DNA from: Callorhinchus milii
Lineage: Eukaryota
Assembly: GCF_018977255.1 (NCBI RefSeq)
Contig: NW_024704742.1
Coordinates: 15,192,001-15,256,000 of the forward strand
Direction of reading: 5' to 3'
Length of the DNA stretch: 64,000 nucleotides
A program made the translations under genes and the position numbers. The notes below the pieces were generated by a model that had not been told where the DNA came from, did no database searches, and was given only the letters and a program-made list of their open reading frames with translations. Positions 14,050 through 27,086 of this stretch are shown here, in pieces (positions within the stretch are counted from its first letter, which is position 1; every line of letters starts with the position of its first letter).

Positions 14050-16949
14050 TAGGATTTTTCTGCAAATCGTTCACCAACTAGCATTTATATAACGCCTTCA
14101 TGTAGGGTAGCATCTGGAAGCACTTCATTACATTTACATAAGACTTCTGTTCAGAAGATCTTGAATAATTCTGCACTAGATCTGTTCATAGATGTTCAGT
14201 TTGCTTTGGTCTTTCCACTGGCTCCCAGCAGGGAACTCCCTTCTCATGCAGAACACACAGGTTATTCAATTACATCGCTCTGGCTATGTGTGTGATGGCA
14301 GCTGCTTTGCTTGCTCAAAGCTTTGCTGTCACTCACCTTCTCTCCCTATCGACCTTCTTTCTTTCGTCATTTAGTAGTGGTGACAGAACTCATGCAGGTA
14401 CCAGCTTCTGATCTCACACATGTTTGTAACCTGAACCAGCAGTGAAGTGTTATGACAGTTCCAAGTCATGAAAGATGCACACCATGTATGGCTTTGTATC
14501 TGTGCCTCTTTTTCTTGCTATTTCTGATTCAATGAAAACTTCAACCCTTCAATTTACTACAAACATTCAACATTTGCTTTCTGTTCAAAGATTCAGATCT
14601 TACAAACAAAGAAAATAATATTTCCAAAGCACGATCAAAAGAGATAACTAATAGGAGAAAGGCAAGAAGTATATTACGGCAATTGGTTAAATGAAATCAG
14701 GTTTGCTTTTTCTTTTGGGCAAAGTTCAGACAGTCGCAATGTGTAATAATATTCTGTAGAAATAATGGAATATTAGAAACAGTGGTGAGTTCATAATGCA
14801 AGATCTTACATCAAATAGTTTATGAAACAGCACCATGGTTTCTTAATATTCTTATACATACTTATATATGTGTTGGAACTTTTCAGTATAGCTTTTAATT
14901 GAAACACAATTAAATATAAAACATGCCATTGATATGTTGAATAGATTTTTTGCTTTTCGCATACAACTCTGCAAACAACCCAGGAAGCTCTATTGATTAT
15001 TGCTCCCATATGTTTACAACAATGGCCCTGTAACATTAACAATGACCCATTCAACCAGTCTGGTGACTTAGATGAAAAATATAAGTTGTTGCTCTGGTAA
15101 AACCTTTGGTCTAGTTTATACCTGGAGAACTGACCATTTGATGATTAGTTGTTGACTGCCACAGCACTTCACAGATTCACAGGATTGCTTTAGATCAAGA
15201 AGGTCCATTTAATATCATTCTTCTAGAATATCATTCTACCACTCTCCAATCATAGCATCAAGCTGCTTTTTAAATATGTCCAGTCCCCTGGCCACATGCA
15301 CCCTTCCTGGCAACCTGGTCAAGTTTTTAATTACCCACTGAGTAAAGAAAAACTTCCTGGCATCTGTCCTGAAATTGCCATTTATACCACTAAACCTATC
15401 TGGATTACTTTATCCATCCCATTTAAAATGTTCATACATCTCTATGAGAACCCATCTGACTCATTTTCTCTCAATACTGAAGAGCCTTAGCTTGTCTAAT
15501 TGTTGCAAATGTTCTGTAATAACTAACATTTGTGTGTCAGGATGTTTGGCAGAACTTGCCTCTGGGTCATCAGATTTCGGGCTCAAGCTTCACTTCATGA
15601 TTTGGAGCACATAGTCTAGGCTGACACTAGTGTAATGCTGGGGGAGTGCTGCATTGTCAGAGGTTTTAAACTAGATCTTGTCTGTGTGTTCAGGTGCATA
15701 TTAAAGATAGCACTACTTCAAGCGAGAAAGACATTTTTCCTGGTGTCCTGGCTAACAATCCTCCAGAGCAATTGATCATCCATTCAATACAATGCAATAC
15801 AGATTTACTTTATATTGCACCTTTCAAATCATAAGGGGATCCCAAACCACTTAAGAATCCTAGATTGGCAATCGAGCTGGGGGTGGGAGCTGAGGGGGCC
15901 TTGCTGTACTTCTACTTCCCTCTCCACATCACAATAGGTGAATATGATCTCAGATTCCAGGCTCCTAACCTTTGGAACTCCCTCCCTTTACCCCCTCCAT
16001 CTCACCCTCTCTCTATCTGTCTTCAAGTTCTGCCTTAAGTTTACCTCTTCCACCACATCAATTCTCCGTCCACTACATCTCTTCCACCTTCTCTACCCCT
16101 CTCCCTTGCTTGGTGTATGTCTTTGTAAAACATTCCGAGATGGTATCCTATGTGAAAGTCAAAAATGCAAGAATATTTTTTTCGGTTTCTTTTTGTATTG
16201 TTTGTGGGGCACTCCTGTGCAAAATTAGCTGCCACGTTTCGTCCACAAAGTACACAGTCACTTTACACTTTACAATATACCCTGTGAAGTGCTTTAAGAT
16301 ATATTCACAGCATGATAAGTTACTATATCAAATGCAAGAATTATTATTTATTATTATACCGCTGTTTTATAAATCTTGCCGAACAACAACTTTTTGTCCA
16401 CACCTACGGTCGCTACCCCCACTTCCTTGCTTGTTGTCTGACACCATGCTTATGAAGCACTCTGAGAAATTATCCTGTGTGAAGGTTAAGGTTGTAAGTG
16501 CATGCTATCAAGATTTGTTTCCATACTGTGAGAGATTTCAGAGTTTATGAGGCAACAACAAAACAAATCACATTTATACAACACATTGCACGTTGGGAGG
16601 ATGTCCCAAAGAATTACAGTGAAGGGTTTACACCCACGCTGGGGGCTGAAGTCAAGGAAGGGGAAGGGGGTGGAGGTGGGAAGATGATCGAAGGCAGTGT
16701 TCTATTATCTTCCCGAAGTAATCATTCTTTGATGGGCTAAATAGCCTCCTTCTGCACTGTAGATTTCTATGTTTTAAGTTTCTATGATCAAGAGCCTCAC
16801 TACCACCTCAATACAATATAATGCAATACAAAAGTTACATTTGTATGGCGCCTTTCATGACTGGAGGACGTCCCAAGGCGCTGGACAGTAAGGGATTTGG
16901 GCGAGGAGCATGGTGGAAAGTGCACTTTCCTGCTCTAATTTTGTAGTGC

Positions 16950-17310
16950 TTATCCACTCTTTCCTAAAGGCAGTAAATCACAGTAGAGGATGACTTCACC
17001 AGTGTTGGCAGTGTTCCAGTTTCTTCCCAATGTGGCCACTCATTTTGTGAAAGCTTAGGCAGTGAGTGTTGCTAGGCTATTTGACCATGGGGAATATCAT
17101 AGCCGAATCTGATCTTCTCCCCACTTACCAACAGGTGGATAGTGATTAGAAGCAGGAATCCTGCCAAGTTTTTTACCTTCCAAAACTCAGATTTGAGGTC
17201 AGTTATTTTCCTTTAGTGCCAACCCAGAACAGAACAAAGAACAAACCAGCAATACTCCTGATCTGCCTGATTCAATGTCACACCATGCTGTGCATCTACC
17301 TCCTGCAACA
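16950..17310 (-). mobile_element. AmnSINE2-like SINE (family C)
   Basis: GTGGCCA...GGCAGTGAGTGTTGCTAGGCTATTTGACC is the reverse of the family C core. Confidence 0.65.
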
Positions 17311-18074
17311 TCAGCAGTGGCTACCAGAAACAATCACTTAAATTCCTTAATGTATGCCAGAAAGGAGCTGAGGAAACTATGCATGTATGAAACAATGATG
17401 CATATTTGGACGCATTCCCAGAAAAACACAGCCCAGATACAGGTAGGTCCCTCTTAAACGTGAATTGTCTGATACTAAACAACAGTAAACACACAGCAGC
17501 AGAACCAAATTTGTTTGCTTAATGATATTTCACTATTGTCTCTTTTTCAATGGAGAAGGTTATGGTACACGCACTACTTCCAATATCAGATATCGACTTA
17601 CTCCCATAAGTGTCATAAAGCATTTGTTTCAAACTGACTGTTTCCTTTGAAGAGCAATCCTCCATAGAACTCAACTGATTAGAACCCGTGCTTCTATATT
17701 TGAAACAGCTACCAAATCTCAGTCAGAACTGTTTCAGTAACAATAAAAACGTGGTTCCTGATCATTCTGTGAATGTACGAACATTGTGGGCCTTAATACC
17801 TTTTAGCAGATCTGCTCCGTGGGGCTGCCCTGCCCAGTACATGTAGAATGTAAACACTCGGCTTGGCTCTATGGAGGAGTCTTTTAGAGCTGGGTTTTCT
17901 TTCAAAGGTTTCACAATATGTTTCAAACAAATGTTGTGGGAAACAGATGGTGTAAATACCAGGCAACTGTACTTAATCTACAGTTATCTCTCTTTTTATT
18001 TAATTTGATGTGTATATTATTCTGTCTTTTTTCCTGAAGGTACTTGATTTTTTTTCTTTGCACAGCTGGCCTCT

Positions 18075-18502
18075 TTATGAGGGGCTTTGATAGAGTCAAT
18101 AGAGAGAAATTATTTCCACTGTTCGGTGAGTCAGTGATTAGAGGACATCAATTTAAGATAGCAAACAAGCAAATTTAAGATTAGGAGGTATCTTTTTTAT
18201 GCACAGAGTAGCTTAGGAGATGGAATGCCATGCCAAGAGCGGCGATTGAAACAAAACCCATAATAGTGTTTAGTAGGCAAGTAGATAGATAGATATCTAA
18301 AAAAGTATAGGATTATATATCAACATCAACAAATTACATTTGTATAGCGCCTTTCATGTCGGAAGGCTCTATACTGATGGAGGTTGTGAAAGGAGCTATA
18401 GGGAAAAGTGGGTAAATGAGACTAAAAGGATTGTTCTTTTAAAGAGCCATCATAGTCACAATAGGCACAATGGCCTTCCCCTGTGCTATAAATTTCTATG
18501 CT
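18075..18502 (+). mobile_element. CR1 3' end fragment with a short L2-type tail insertion
   Basis: GFDRVNREKLFPL...RGHQFKI remnant; 3' UTR AATGGCCTTCCCCTGTGCTATAAATTTCTATG. Confidence 0.75.
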
Positions 18503-18902
18503 TCTTTGGATGTGATTCCATAGCTGTACCTCACCCAATATTTAAGTGTGAGCTAATTTAAGTGTATATACAAATGGGGTGGAAGGTAGAATCACGTAGC
18601 ACCTTTCACCCCTCCTGACGTGAAAGGCATTGTATAAATGGAATTTGTTGTTGTTGTGGTAAAAATGGCAATGTTAGCTTCCTCTCCTGATGAGAGAGGT
18701 TGGATTGGAGTCATTGATTTCTGAAAACCCACAAAGTGCAGAAAAGAAAGCCAGAGAGTGAATTAGACAGACATAGAGAGGTAATGTTTCTCTCTGCGGA
18801 CTGTAGATTCCTGTAGCTTATTGGTTAGAGCACTCGCCTCGCAAATGAGTGATTCCCATCAGGGTGAAACTTTGGGCAAGTTTCCTTACTCCACACGCCT
18901 TT

Positions 18903-19220
18903 ATAATAATAATAATAATCCTTGCATTTGATATAGCACTTTTCACGTCTTCTCGACCTCTCAAAGCGCTTCACAGAATATGCTGTAAAGTGAATTGACC
19001 ATATATTTGTGGGCGAAACGCAGCAGCCAATTGCGCACAGCAGTGTCCCACAAACAGTCGTGGATTGAAAATGACCAATTTATTATTGTTTTGTTTTGGA
19101 GGGATTATTATTAGGTGTGTGGAGTAAGGAAACTTACCAAGGTTTCGCCCTGCCTGGAATTGAACCCAGGTGTCTCGCTTGCAAGGCGAGTGCTCTAACC
19201 ATTGAGCTACAGGACTCCAC
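18903..19220 (-). mobile_element. Family A SINE, full length, inserted antisense into an older longer variant (18803-18902 plus 19221-19481)
   Basis: Reverse copy of the 50397 element; flanked by CTTT on both sides; the host SINE reads through once the insert is removed. Confidence 0.88.
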
Positions 19221-19509
19221 TTTGTTTACCTAGCAGCAAGTAGGATCCCGTCGATTGGCAGATCACTTTTCCGGGGGTTAATAATTCCTTTTTTTAAAAA
19301 TTTGTCAGTCAATCCACAACTGTTCATGGGATACTGCTGTATGCAATTGGCTGCTGCATTTCGCCCACAATATTCAGTCAATTCACTTAACAGTATATTC
19401 TGTGAAGTGTTTGAGACATCCCGATGACGTGTTAAAGCGCTATATCAAATGCAAGCATTATTATTATTGTTATTATTATTATTTCTTTTCACTTTGATAA
19501 GAGTTCCAA

Positions 19510-19760
19510 AATCACAAGTATTGGCAAGCTATTTAACTGATATTGTGACAAAGCTTGATCCTCTCTTCACCCTGTGGCTACACAACTGCACCTCCAATAG
19601 AGGATGCTCAGTTGTGATCTATAAATCTTATTTTCTCCTCCTTTCTTGGGTACTGAGGCCAATTATAGTATTCCAGTGCTGCCTTGGCTGAACTCAGCTT
19701 AGACTAGGGTCAAAGCTGAAGCTTCTCAATCTGTACAGTTTGGCTACTCACTGAATAAAA
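19510..19760 (-). mobile_element. AmnSINE2-like SINE (family C), diverged
   Basis: GGCAAGCTATTTAAC, GATCCTCTCTTCACC and ACTGAGGCCAATTATAG blocks. Confidence 0.55.
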
Positions 19761-22560
19761 TTCCAAAAGGGAATTTCAGGATACAAAAATTTAACTGCAA
19801 TGTTATTTTACAATTACGGTAGTATAAAAAGTAAAGGAACAATTATTGGCTATGACACAACATGTAGCCTAAAATATTATAGGCAATAATGGTTTATTAA
19901 GATCAGTCCAGAAACCTAATTAACTGCAGGGGTTTAAATCAGCGAAGACTATTACAATTGAATCCTTGAAATTATCTTTCGTTGAAAAATAAGCATGCTA
20001 ACCCTTAGAGTTTATATTTATCCCCATAGGTATTGTGTTGCAATCTATTTATACTCTACCTCTCCAATAATGTTCAATTATCTTGATTCAGTATTAAAGG
20101 AGGCATTTCTGTTCTTAATGTTTTTTGTAATTATTTTAGAAACAATTCAGTATAAAACTGATTTGACATTTAAACAAAAGTATGAGAGCAGCATTAAATA
20201 GGTTTGGCCTGAGGCTATAATTAGCATGTATACAGTATTATATTGCACTCTCTTTCAAAGGTATTCATAAGAAATCATCAGTAAAAGCAACCATCTGACA
20301 TTCCTGAAGCTGTGAAGACATTTTTTGTTATTAATTTAAAGAGACGATGTCTCAGTTTAAAAAGGTTATTTGAGGGTAATTAAAGACCAGCGCCAAAATC
20401 ATAAAGAAAAAAGAAAAGAAATAGAGAGATTGTTTCTCAATAGAAATACAAAATTGCTCAATTCCATTCACCACAGAATGTCTTTGATGGAAGCTCTTTT
20501 CAGAATAACCAAGCCTTAAGATGAAAGAAATAGACGACTTGATTCTGAATATCATCTCCACACAAAATAGACTTAGTTTGATACAGCAGTCTGAAATATG
20601 TAAAGTTGTGTTCGTGCCTTCCACTGCACTACGTGTTCTAGACTAAACTCAATAAGCAGCTTCCTTCCTTGTATATATCACAATCAGTGGGGTGAATATT
20701 GTGACCTGTAATGTGTCAATTAACACTGCATAACCAGCATATTTTGCAATCCTTTTAATTTCACTGTTTTGGCATTCTAATGCTTTTACACAAAATCAAA
20801 TGTGCCACAAAAAAATGTTTTAATTTCAACTCGCCCTTAACAAAGTGGGCAGGAGAAGTGTGATCATGCGTGATGCCCAAAAATAAAGGAATGTGAACCA
20901 TAAGTCAGGGCTATTGCAGGAGGAAAAGCAGCCGCTGAAAATAATGGTTCTGCAGTAAAAGATTGTTGAAAATGTTGATAACAGAAGACATCATCGCTGG
21001 CTCACAGATGTAATCCCCCTTTCCTCTCTCCCTCACTATCTAACAATAGTTGAGCCTAAAGCCAGCTTCTATCACTCCTGACTTACATAGAGTGATACAG
21101 CGCAGAAACAGATCATTCAGGCCAACTAGTCCATGCCAGTGTTTCAACTCCATACAAGCTCTCCAACCATCCTATCCCTTTTCTATACTGCTCTATACAC
21201 TTCTCCCTCATGTATGTATCAAGTTTTCTCTTAAATATATTGAAAACATTTGCTTAATTCATTGGATTGAGTGGCGCATTGGAGTGCTGGCTTGTGGGAT
21301 CTGCAAAGAATAATTTCTCTTTCATCTTGACTCATTTCCACCTAAGTAGATCTGAAAGCTGCATATTTTCAGGAACGAACTACTGCAGTAAGCACCCAGA
21401 ATACATGAGCAGGGCAGTGAAATAAACAATGCAGAGACTCTTAGATGACACAGTCAAAGAAAAAGATTCAGATCCTGCTCTTTAGAGACAGCTGGAACTT
21501 TGAGCTTTCTGGAAACCATTGCAGGACCCTAACCTTTCATTCCTAAAGCCAGCAAAGTCTTGATCTGAATGAAATTATTTTCATTGGAAATGATTGCTGC
21601 TGGTCAGATCCACTGACCTCTTTGCTCTTAGTTTACATCTCCTCCCACAGGCATTTCTGAGTTTAATGGAAACCTCTTTGACTACAATTGGGATTGAAAA
21701 AAGGCTCCTTAGGAATGGGGTAGCATTACTGCAATCTTGCCAGTGGGAAATGTGCTTAATGATATAAATTGTGGCTCTAGCAGNAAAAAACACATATGTC
21801 ATGCTGTTATGAGACCTCAGTTCCAGCCCAAGATTACCTCAAACTGAAGTCTTGTGAATCAGAGTGGAATAGATGGGTATCCCTTCAGGAGATGCTGTTT
21901 GTGTCATGGAACACTTTTTCTTATGCCGATACATCAGAGATGCTACTGTTTTGCTGAGGACTGCCTTTGCAATTTCATTGTGTAAGAAAGTTAAAACACA
22001 GAATTTAACACATAAATCATTTTCACAGATTCCTCATAAGCATTGCTATCATAAATGTTGCAGCCTTTTATCAAAGAATCTAGATCATAAAATGTTGATT
22101 ATCCTTATGCCCTTGGGACGTAAACTCAAATTTAGGCCCAAACACTAGAAAAGAAATCTTTTCTCTTTGCCAACTTTATGGCTTGTAGTGAAATGAAATG
22201 TGTTAGTTTTGACCCATTTTTTAGTGCATGTATGCATACAACTTGTCATGAATTGGAATGGCTATCAATCTCACTTACATAAGCCATTAAGATGGCAGGT
22301 TTAGGAAATGGATATTTTACACTAAACCAGTAGGGTTAGGTCTTTGAAGCTGGGGTTAATGTGGAAAAGCGCTCAAACATGTAAACCACTGTGTAAATGA
22401 CAGGAACAACACATATAGCACCTGGAGATATAAAACATATATCCTTCAGGGAACCCTATATACAACAACTAGACTCTAAGTCAATGTCGGGTTGGGAGCA
22501 GCATTCTTATGGATCAGCATGATGTGTATGGTGGTGCCTTACCAAGAAGCACTTTAATTT

Positions 22561-22882
22561 GTGGAGTCCTGTAGCTCAGTGGTTAGAACACTTGCCTCAC
22601 AAGTGAGAGAACTGGGTTCGATTCCCAGTAGGGCAAAACCTTGAGCAAGTTCCTTTACTCCACACACCTGATAATATTCCCTCAAGAAAAAAAAACAATA
22701 ATAAATTGGTCACTTCAATCCACCAACGTTTGTGGGACACTGCTGTGTGCAATTGGCTGCTGCATTTCACTCACAAATATGCAGTCAATTCACCTCACAA
22801 TATATTCTGTGAAGTGCTTTGAGACGTCTCGAAGACATGAAAAGCACTATATCAAATGCAAGGATTATTTTTTATTATTATT
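22561..22882 (+). mobile_element. Young tRNA-derived SINE (family A), full length, L2-type tail
   Basis: A box GTAGCTCAGTGGTTAG, B box GGTTCGATTCC, body shared with other copies, ACGTC stem-loop tail and (TTA)n. Confidence 0.9.
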
Positions 22883-23539
22883 TCACAAAGTGCTTACTTA
22901 CAATGCATTGTTCTTTTTGTGTGCTTTATAAACATCATTGTTGAGGTAGAGATTTAAAAAATATTTGTAGAATAACCAATTATGGGCTGTATGTTTACAT
23001 GGGCTGTATGGGCTGTAGTCGTATATTTATGTTTTAATGATTGCTAACTGTTTCATTCTAATGTACAAATTAATTCACAGAAGATATAGTGGGCAACTGG
23101 GATAATTCATTTCATAGACAATTCAGATTTATAAAAATCTCACAATAAGTGCTATTGTTTTCAGTTTTACATTAGGCACAATAATTTAAATGTTTCTGAA
23201 CAAAAAATCCTAATAGGAATTGACAGAAATGTTTCAGCAAATCATATTTTCCACTAGCAATTTAACGCTCATAGAATTTTTGTATTATTCATCAATTGAG
23301 TATTGCTTGGATTATATTCAACATTTAATCTTGGTGATGGGACTTCATCTCACAGTAAGATTTAAAACTCCTGTGTGAAACTTTCAGGTCTTGTAACAAC
23401 AGTTCTATCTGAATGAAGTTGTTCACTTGATTCTGATTTGCAATAATCTTAGGCTGAAATCTGTCATGGTCTCAGTATTAAAATTAAGATTAAGCATCAT
23501 TTTGGGGAAAAAAAATTGGCTTGATTTGGAAGATTGTTT

Positions 23540-23976
23540 TCAACAGCCCATGGATTCATGTCCAATAGAAACTGATTGGAATTACCCAATTACATTTTTG
23601 TTTAGATTCTCAGCAGCAACCAAATCCTATAATGTCCCTCTCACAATCTGGAGCTAATTAAATGCAGATCCAAGAGATAAAAGGATCACTTTCAAACCCA
23701 CTTTGGCACCAGTCTTCAATTTGTTACACCACTTTATAGTGCTCAGCTATCATTAATTTATGATCTAAATGACTGCATCCTATTGACAGGATGGTGTAAG
23801 AATTATGCCAGGATGTTAACTGCTGCACCAAATACATAAGAGATTTTTTTTTGGTGTATTCATGTTCTGGGCTTCTACTTTTGTAATCACATGGTGCTAT
23901 TTGGAGAAGTTCTAAAGTTCCTTTCCTTCACCAAGGACCTGTTCTTTGATACATCTAAATCACACCATTCCTCAAC
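23540..23976. repeat. Unclassified ~400 bp dispersed element, copy 1
   Basis: Colinear with 44825-45285 in the same orientation; shared blocks include AATGTCCCTCTCACAATCTGGA and AATTTGTTACACCACT. Confidence 0.85.
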
Positions 23977-24990
23977 CTTTTTGATTAGAGATGTTGGTAG
24001 TAAAGAAAAATGCCCAGAAGTTACATATTAATATTTCCAGTCAATGTACGTGTGCTTGTCTTATCAGATGGTGTTCAAACACTTTGAATCTGTGGATGGA
24101 TTCCTTCTACCCAACAACCAGAATTAAAGTACTAGCAAAGTCACTGAACCAGTCAGATAAAATGTCTCAAATCATTGAAAGATATTCATTATTGTACATT
24201 TTCTGCCTAATTCTTTTGATAGTGCCTAATTGGATTTTTATGACTTGGTTTAAAAAATTCAAGCGCAGCAAAAAGTAAACAATGCCTTTATGAGGTTTAA
24301 ATATATGTTTCCGATGTTTTTCTCATTAAAACGGCAGAACATACTCGATGGGTTGAATCCTCCTGTTAAGATGTTCGTAAATGTAACCTTCACAACCTTT
24401 GTAACTGTGCAGTCATTCAGAACATGAAGTGCATCACGTTGACCTATGTGAATGCCTTTCTGATAGTATCTATTTCCAGTTACCAGACCACCTGCAGGTC
24501 AGCAGATTACTCTTTGGGTACAGCCAGGAGGCACTGTTTATAACTCCTGTCACAAATTGCCACATCTTAAATTTTATTGAGACGTTATTTTATTGAGATT
24601 ACTTTGCGTGTGTTCAAATGTTGTTCAAAAGTTAGGTTAAAACTTTACTTGTTCAGTTCAATGAGATGTTGAGATCAAAAATGAATGCTGAGTCTCCTCA
24701 ACTTGCAATTGGTAAAAGTGATTTGGAAATTGACTACTAAAGCGCTGACTTCAATGCGAGTCTCAGTTTGAAAGGAAGGGAGACAGACCTAAACAGGTAT
24801 TAATAATTTAAAAAAAATAAATACCAAAAAGAGGAAAGTAAAAGTCAAAGTATAGTATGTTAGATACTTCTACAAAATGGAAACAGATCATTTTGTAAAA
24901 GGTCAACTAGTTTATGCTGATGTTTATACTTCATATGAACCTCCACACCTCCTCATGCACTGTCCAATATCCCCCTTTCTTCTCATCTGT

Positions 24991-25402
24991 ATCACCCTTG
25001 CTTAGTTTGGTAGCAATCTCATCTCTGAGACAGAAGTTGTGGGTTCAACCCCCATGCAGGACTTTGAGTTCACAACCTAGACAATGCAATGCAATGCTTT
25101 GAAGTGCTGTTTGTTGGATGAGATGTTAAATCGAAGGTCTGTCTGCCTGTTCAGGTGAATGCTAAAGATCCCATGGCACTATTCAAAAAAGAACAGAGAG
25201 AGAACAGAGTTTCTCCTTGTGTTCTGGCCAAAACTTCACAGGTGATTCACTTCTTGGATACATGTGGGACCTCAATGTATGCAAATTGATTGCTCTGTTC
25301 TTCTATAAATACACTGTCATTACACTTTACAGTAAATCCTGTGAAGCACATTCAAATGTCTCGCTGATGTAATAAAGTGCTACCTCAAATGCAAGGATTA
25401 TT
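24991..25402 (+). mobile_element. Family B Deu-type SINE
   Basis: Head, AAAGATCCCATGGCACTATT core and L2-type tail. Confidence 0.8.
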
Positions 25403-25960
25403 TTCTGTAGCGTGTTTCGACTTAAGTATGTTGATGCTCTTTGCTTCAACATATCTTTTTTGAAGCAAACATATTTCTACATGCTCCTAAACACTCATTT
25501 AGTTCTGCTACTGATTATCTTATGTTTATGCCCCTTCATTATGGATTCACCAACAAATGGAAGCAGCCTATTAACATCCACGTTTATTGGAACATAGGAA
25601 CATACGAATTAGGAGTAGGCCATTCGGCCTCTTGAGCCTGCCCCGCCATTTAATAAGATCATGGCTGATTTTCTAAGCTAACTCCATCTGCCCGCCTTAT
25701 CCCCATATCCCTTAATCCCGCTATCCTTTAGAAACCTATCAATCTCAGTCTTGAATATGTTCAAGGATTGAGTATCTACAGCCTTCTGGGGTAGAGAATT
25801 CCATTCATTCACTACCTTCTGAGTAAAGAAGTGTTTCCTCAACTCTGTTCGAAAGGGCTGTCCCTTAATCTTAAGACTGTGATCCCCAGTTCTAGATTCT
25901 TCTACCAGGGGAATCAGTCTCACACTGTCTACTCTGTCAAGCCCCATAAGAATGTTATAA

Positions 25961-27086
25961 CAGGGGACAGTGGCAGTTTGGATTAGGAACTGGCTGAGTG
26001 ACAGAAAGCAGAGGGTGGTGGTTAATGGGTATTTCTCGAAATGGAAGGAGGTGTGCAGCGGTATCCCCCAGGGATCAGTATTGGGGCCACTGCTCTTTAT
26101 AATATATATTAATGATCTGGACTTGGGCATAGAGAGCACTATTTCCAAGTTTGCAGATGATACAAAGTTGGATAGGGTAGTAAATAGTGAGGAGGACTGT
26201 AACCAACTGCAAGCAGACATACACAGAATGGTGGAATGGGCTGACATGTGGCAGATGGATTTCAACGTGGATAAGTGTGAGGTGATACACTTAAGTAGGA
26301 AAAATGATAGGAGGCAATATAAACTTGGTAGCTCAATCTTAAGGGGGGTGAATGTACAGAGAGATCTGGGTGTTCAAGTAAGCGAATCATTAAAGGTAGC
26401 GGGGCAAGTAGATAAGGCAGTAAAACAGGCATTTGGTGTACTGAGCTTTATTAGTAGGGGCATAGAGTATAAGAGTAGGGAGGTTATGGTTAATCTATAC
26501 AAAACACTGGTTAGGCCTCAGCTGAAGTACTGCGTCCAGTTCTGGGCACCTTACTTCAGGAAGGACATTAAGCCACTGGAAAGGGTGCAGAGGAGATTCA
26601 CGAGAATGATACCAGGAATGGGGAACCTTAGCTATGAGGATAGGCTGGAGAAGTTAGGACTTTTCCCATTAGAGCAGAGAAGGTTACGCGGGGACCTGAT
26701 AGTGGTCTTCAAGATCATGAAAGGTTTCGACAAGGCTCGATAAGGAAAAGCTGGTTCCGCTGGTACGTGTGTCTGTGACCTGTTGTCACAGTCTTAAGAT
26801 ATCTACCAAAAGAAACAGAGAGGAGGTTAGAAGAAATTTTTTCACTCAGCGAGTTGTTAGAATTTGGAATGATCTGCCCGAGAGGGCAGCGAAGTTCGAT
26901 TCGATGACAGCTTTTAAGAGAGAACTGGATAGGTATCTGGGGAAGACAGGTTTGCAGGGTTATGGGGAGAAAGCTGGTGATTGGGGTTAGTGAAAGTGAG
27001 TTGCTCTGTCAAAGAGCCGGCACAGATTTGATGGTCCAAATGGCCTCCTTCTGTGCCGTAACATTCTATGAATCTATGAAAAAAAA
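25961..27086 (+). mobile_element. CR1 LINE 'B', 5'-truncated RT C-terminal part and 3' UTR, inserted antisense into CR1 A
   Basis: ORF 25970..26743 has [13 protein letters not shown] and KFADDTKL; it continues by frameshift in 26769..26990 (FFTQRVVRIWNDLP). Ends TTCTATGAATCTATG plus A8. Confidence 0.93.

Noticed and set aside
15972..16550. 192 aa ORF
   Set aside because: Runs through degenerate L2/SINE tails; no recognisable domain or exon structure.
25678..26265. 195 aa minus-strand ORF
   Set aside because: Chimera of the antisense frame of CR1-B and the C-terminus of CR1-A.
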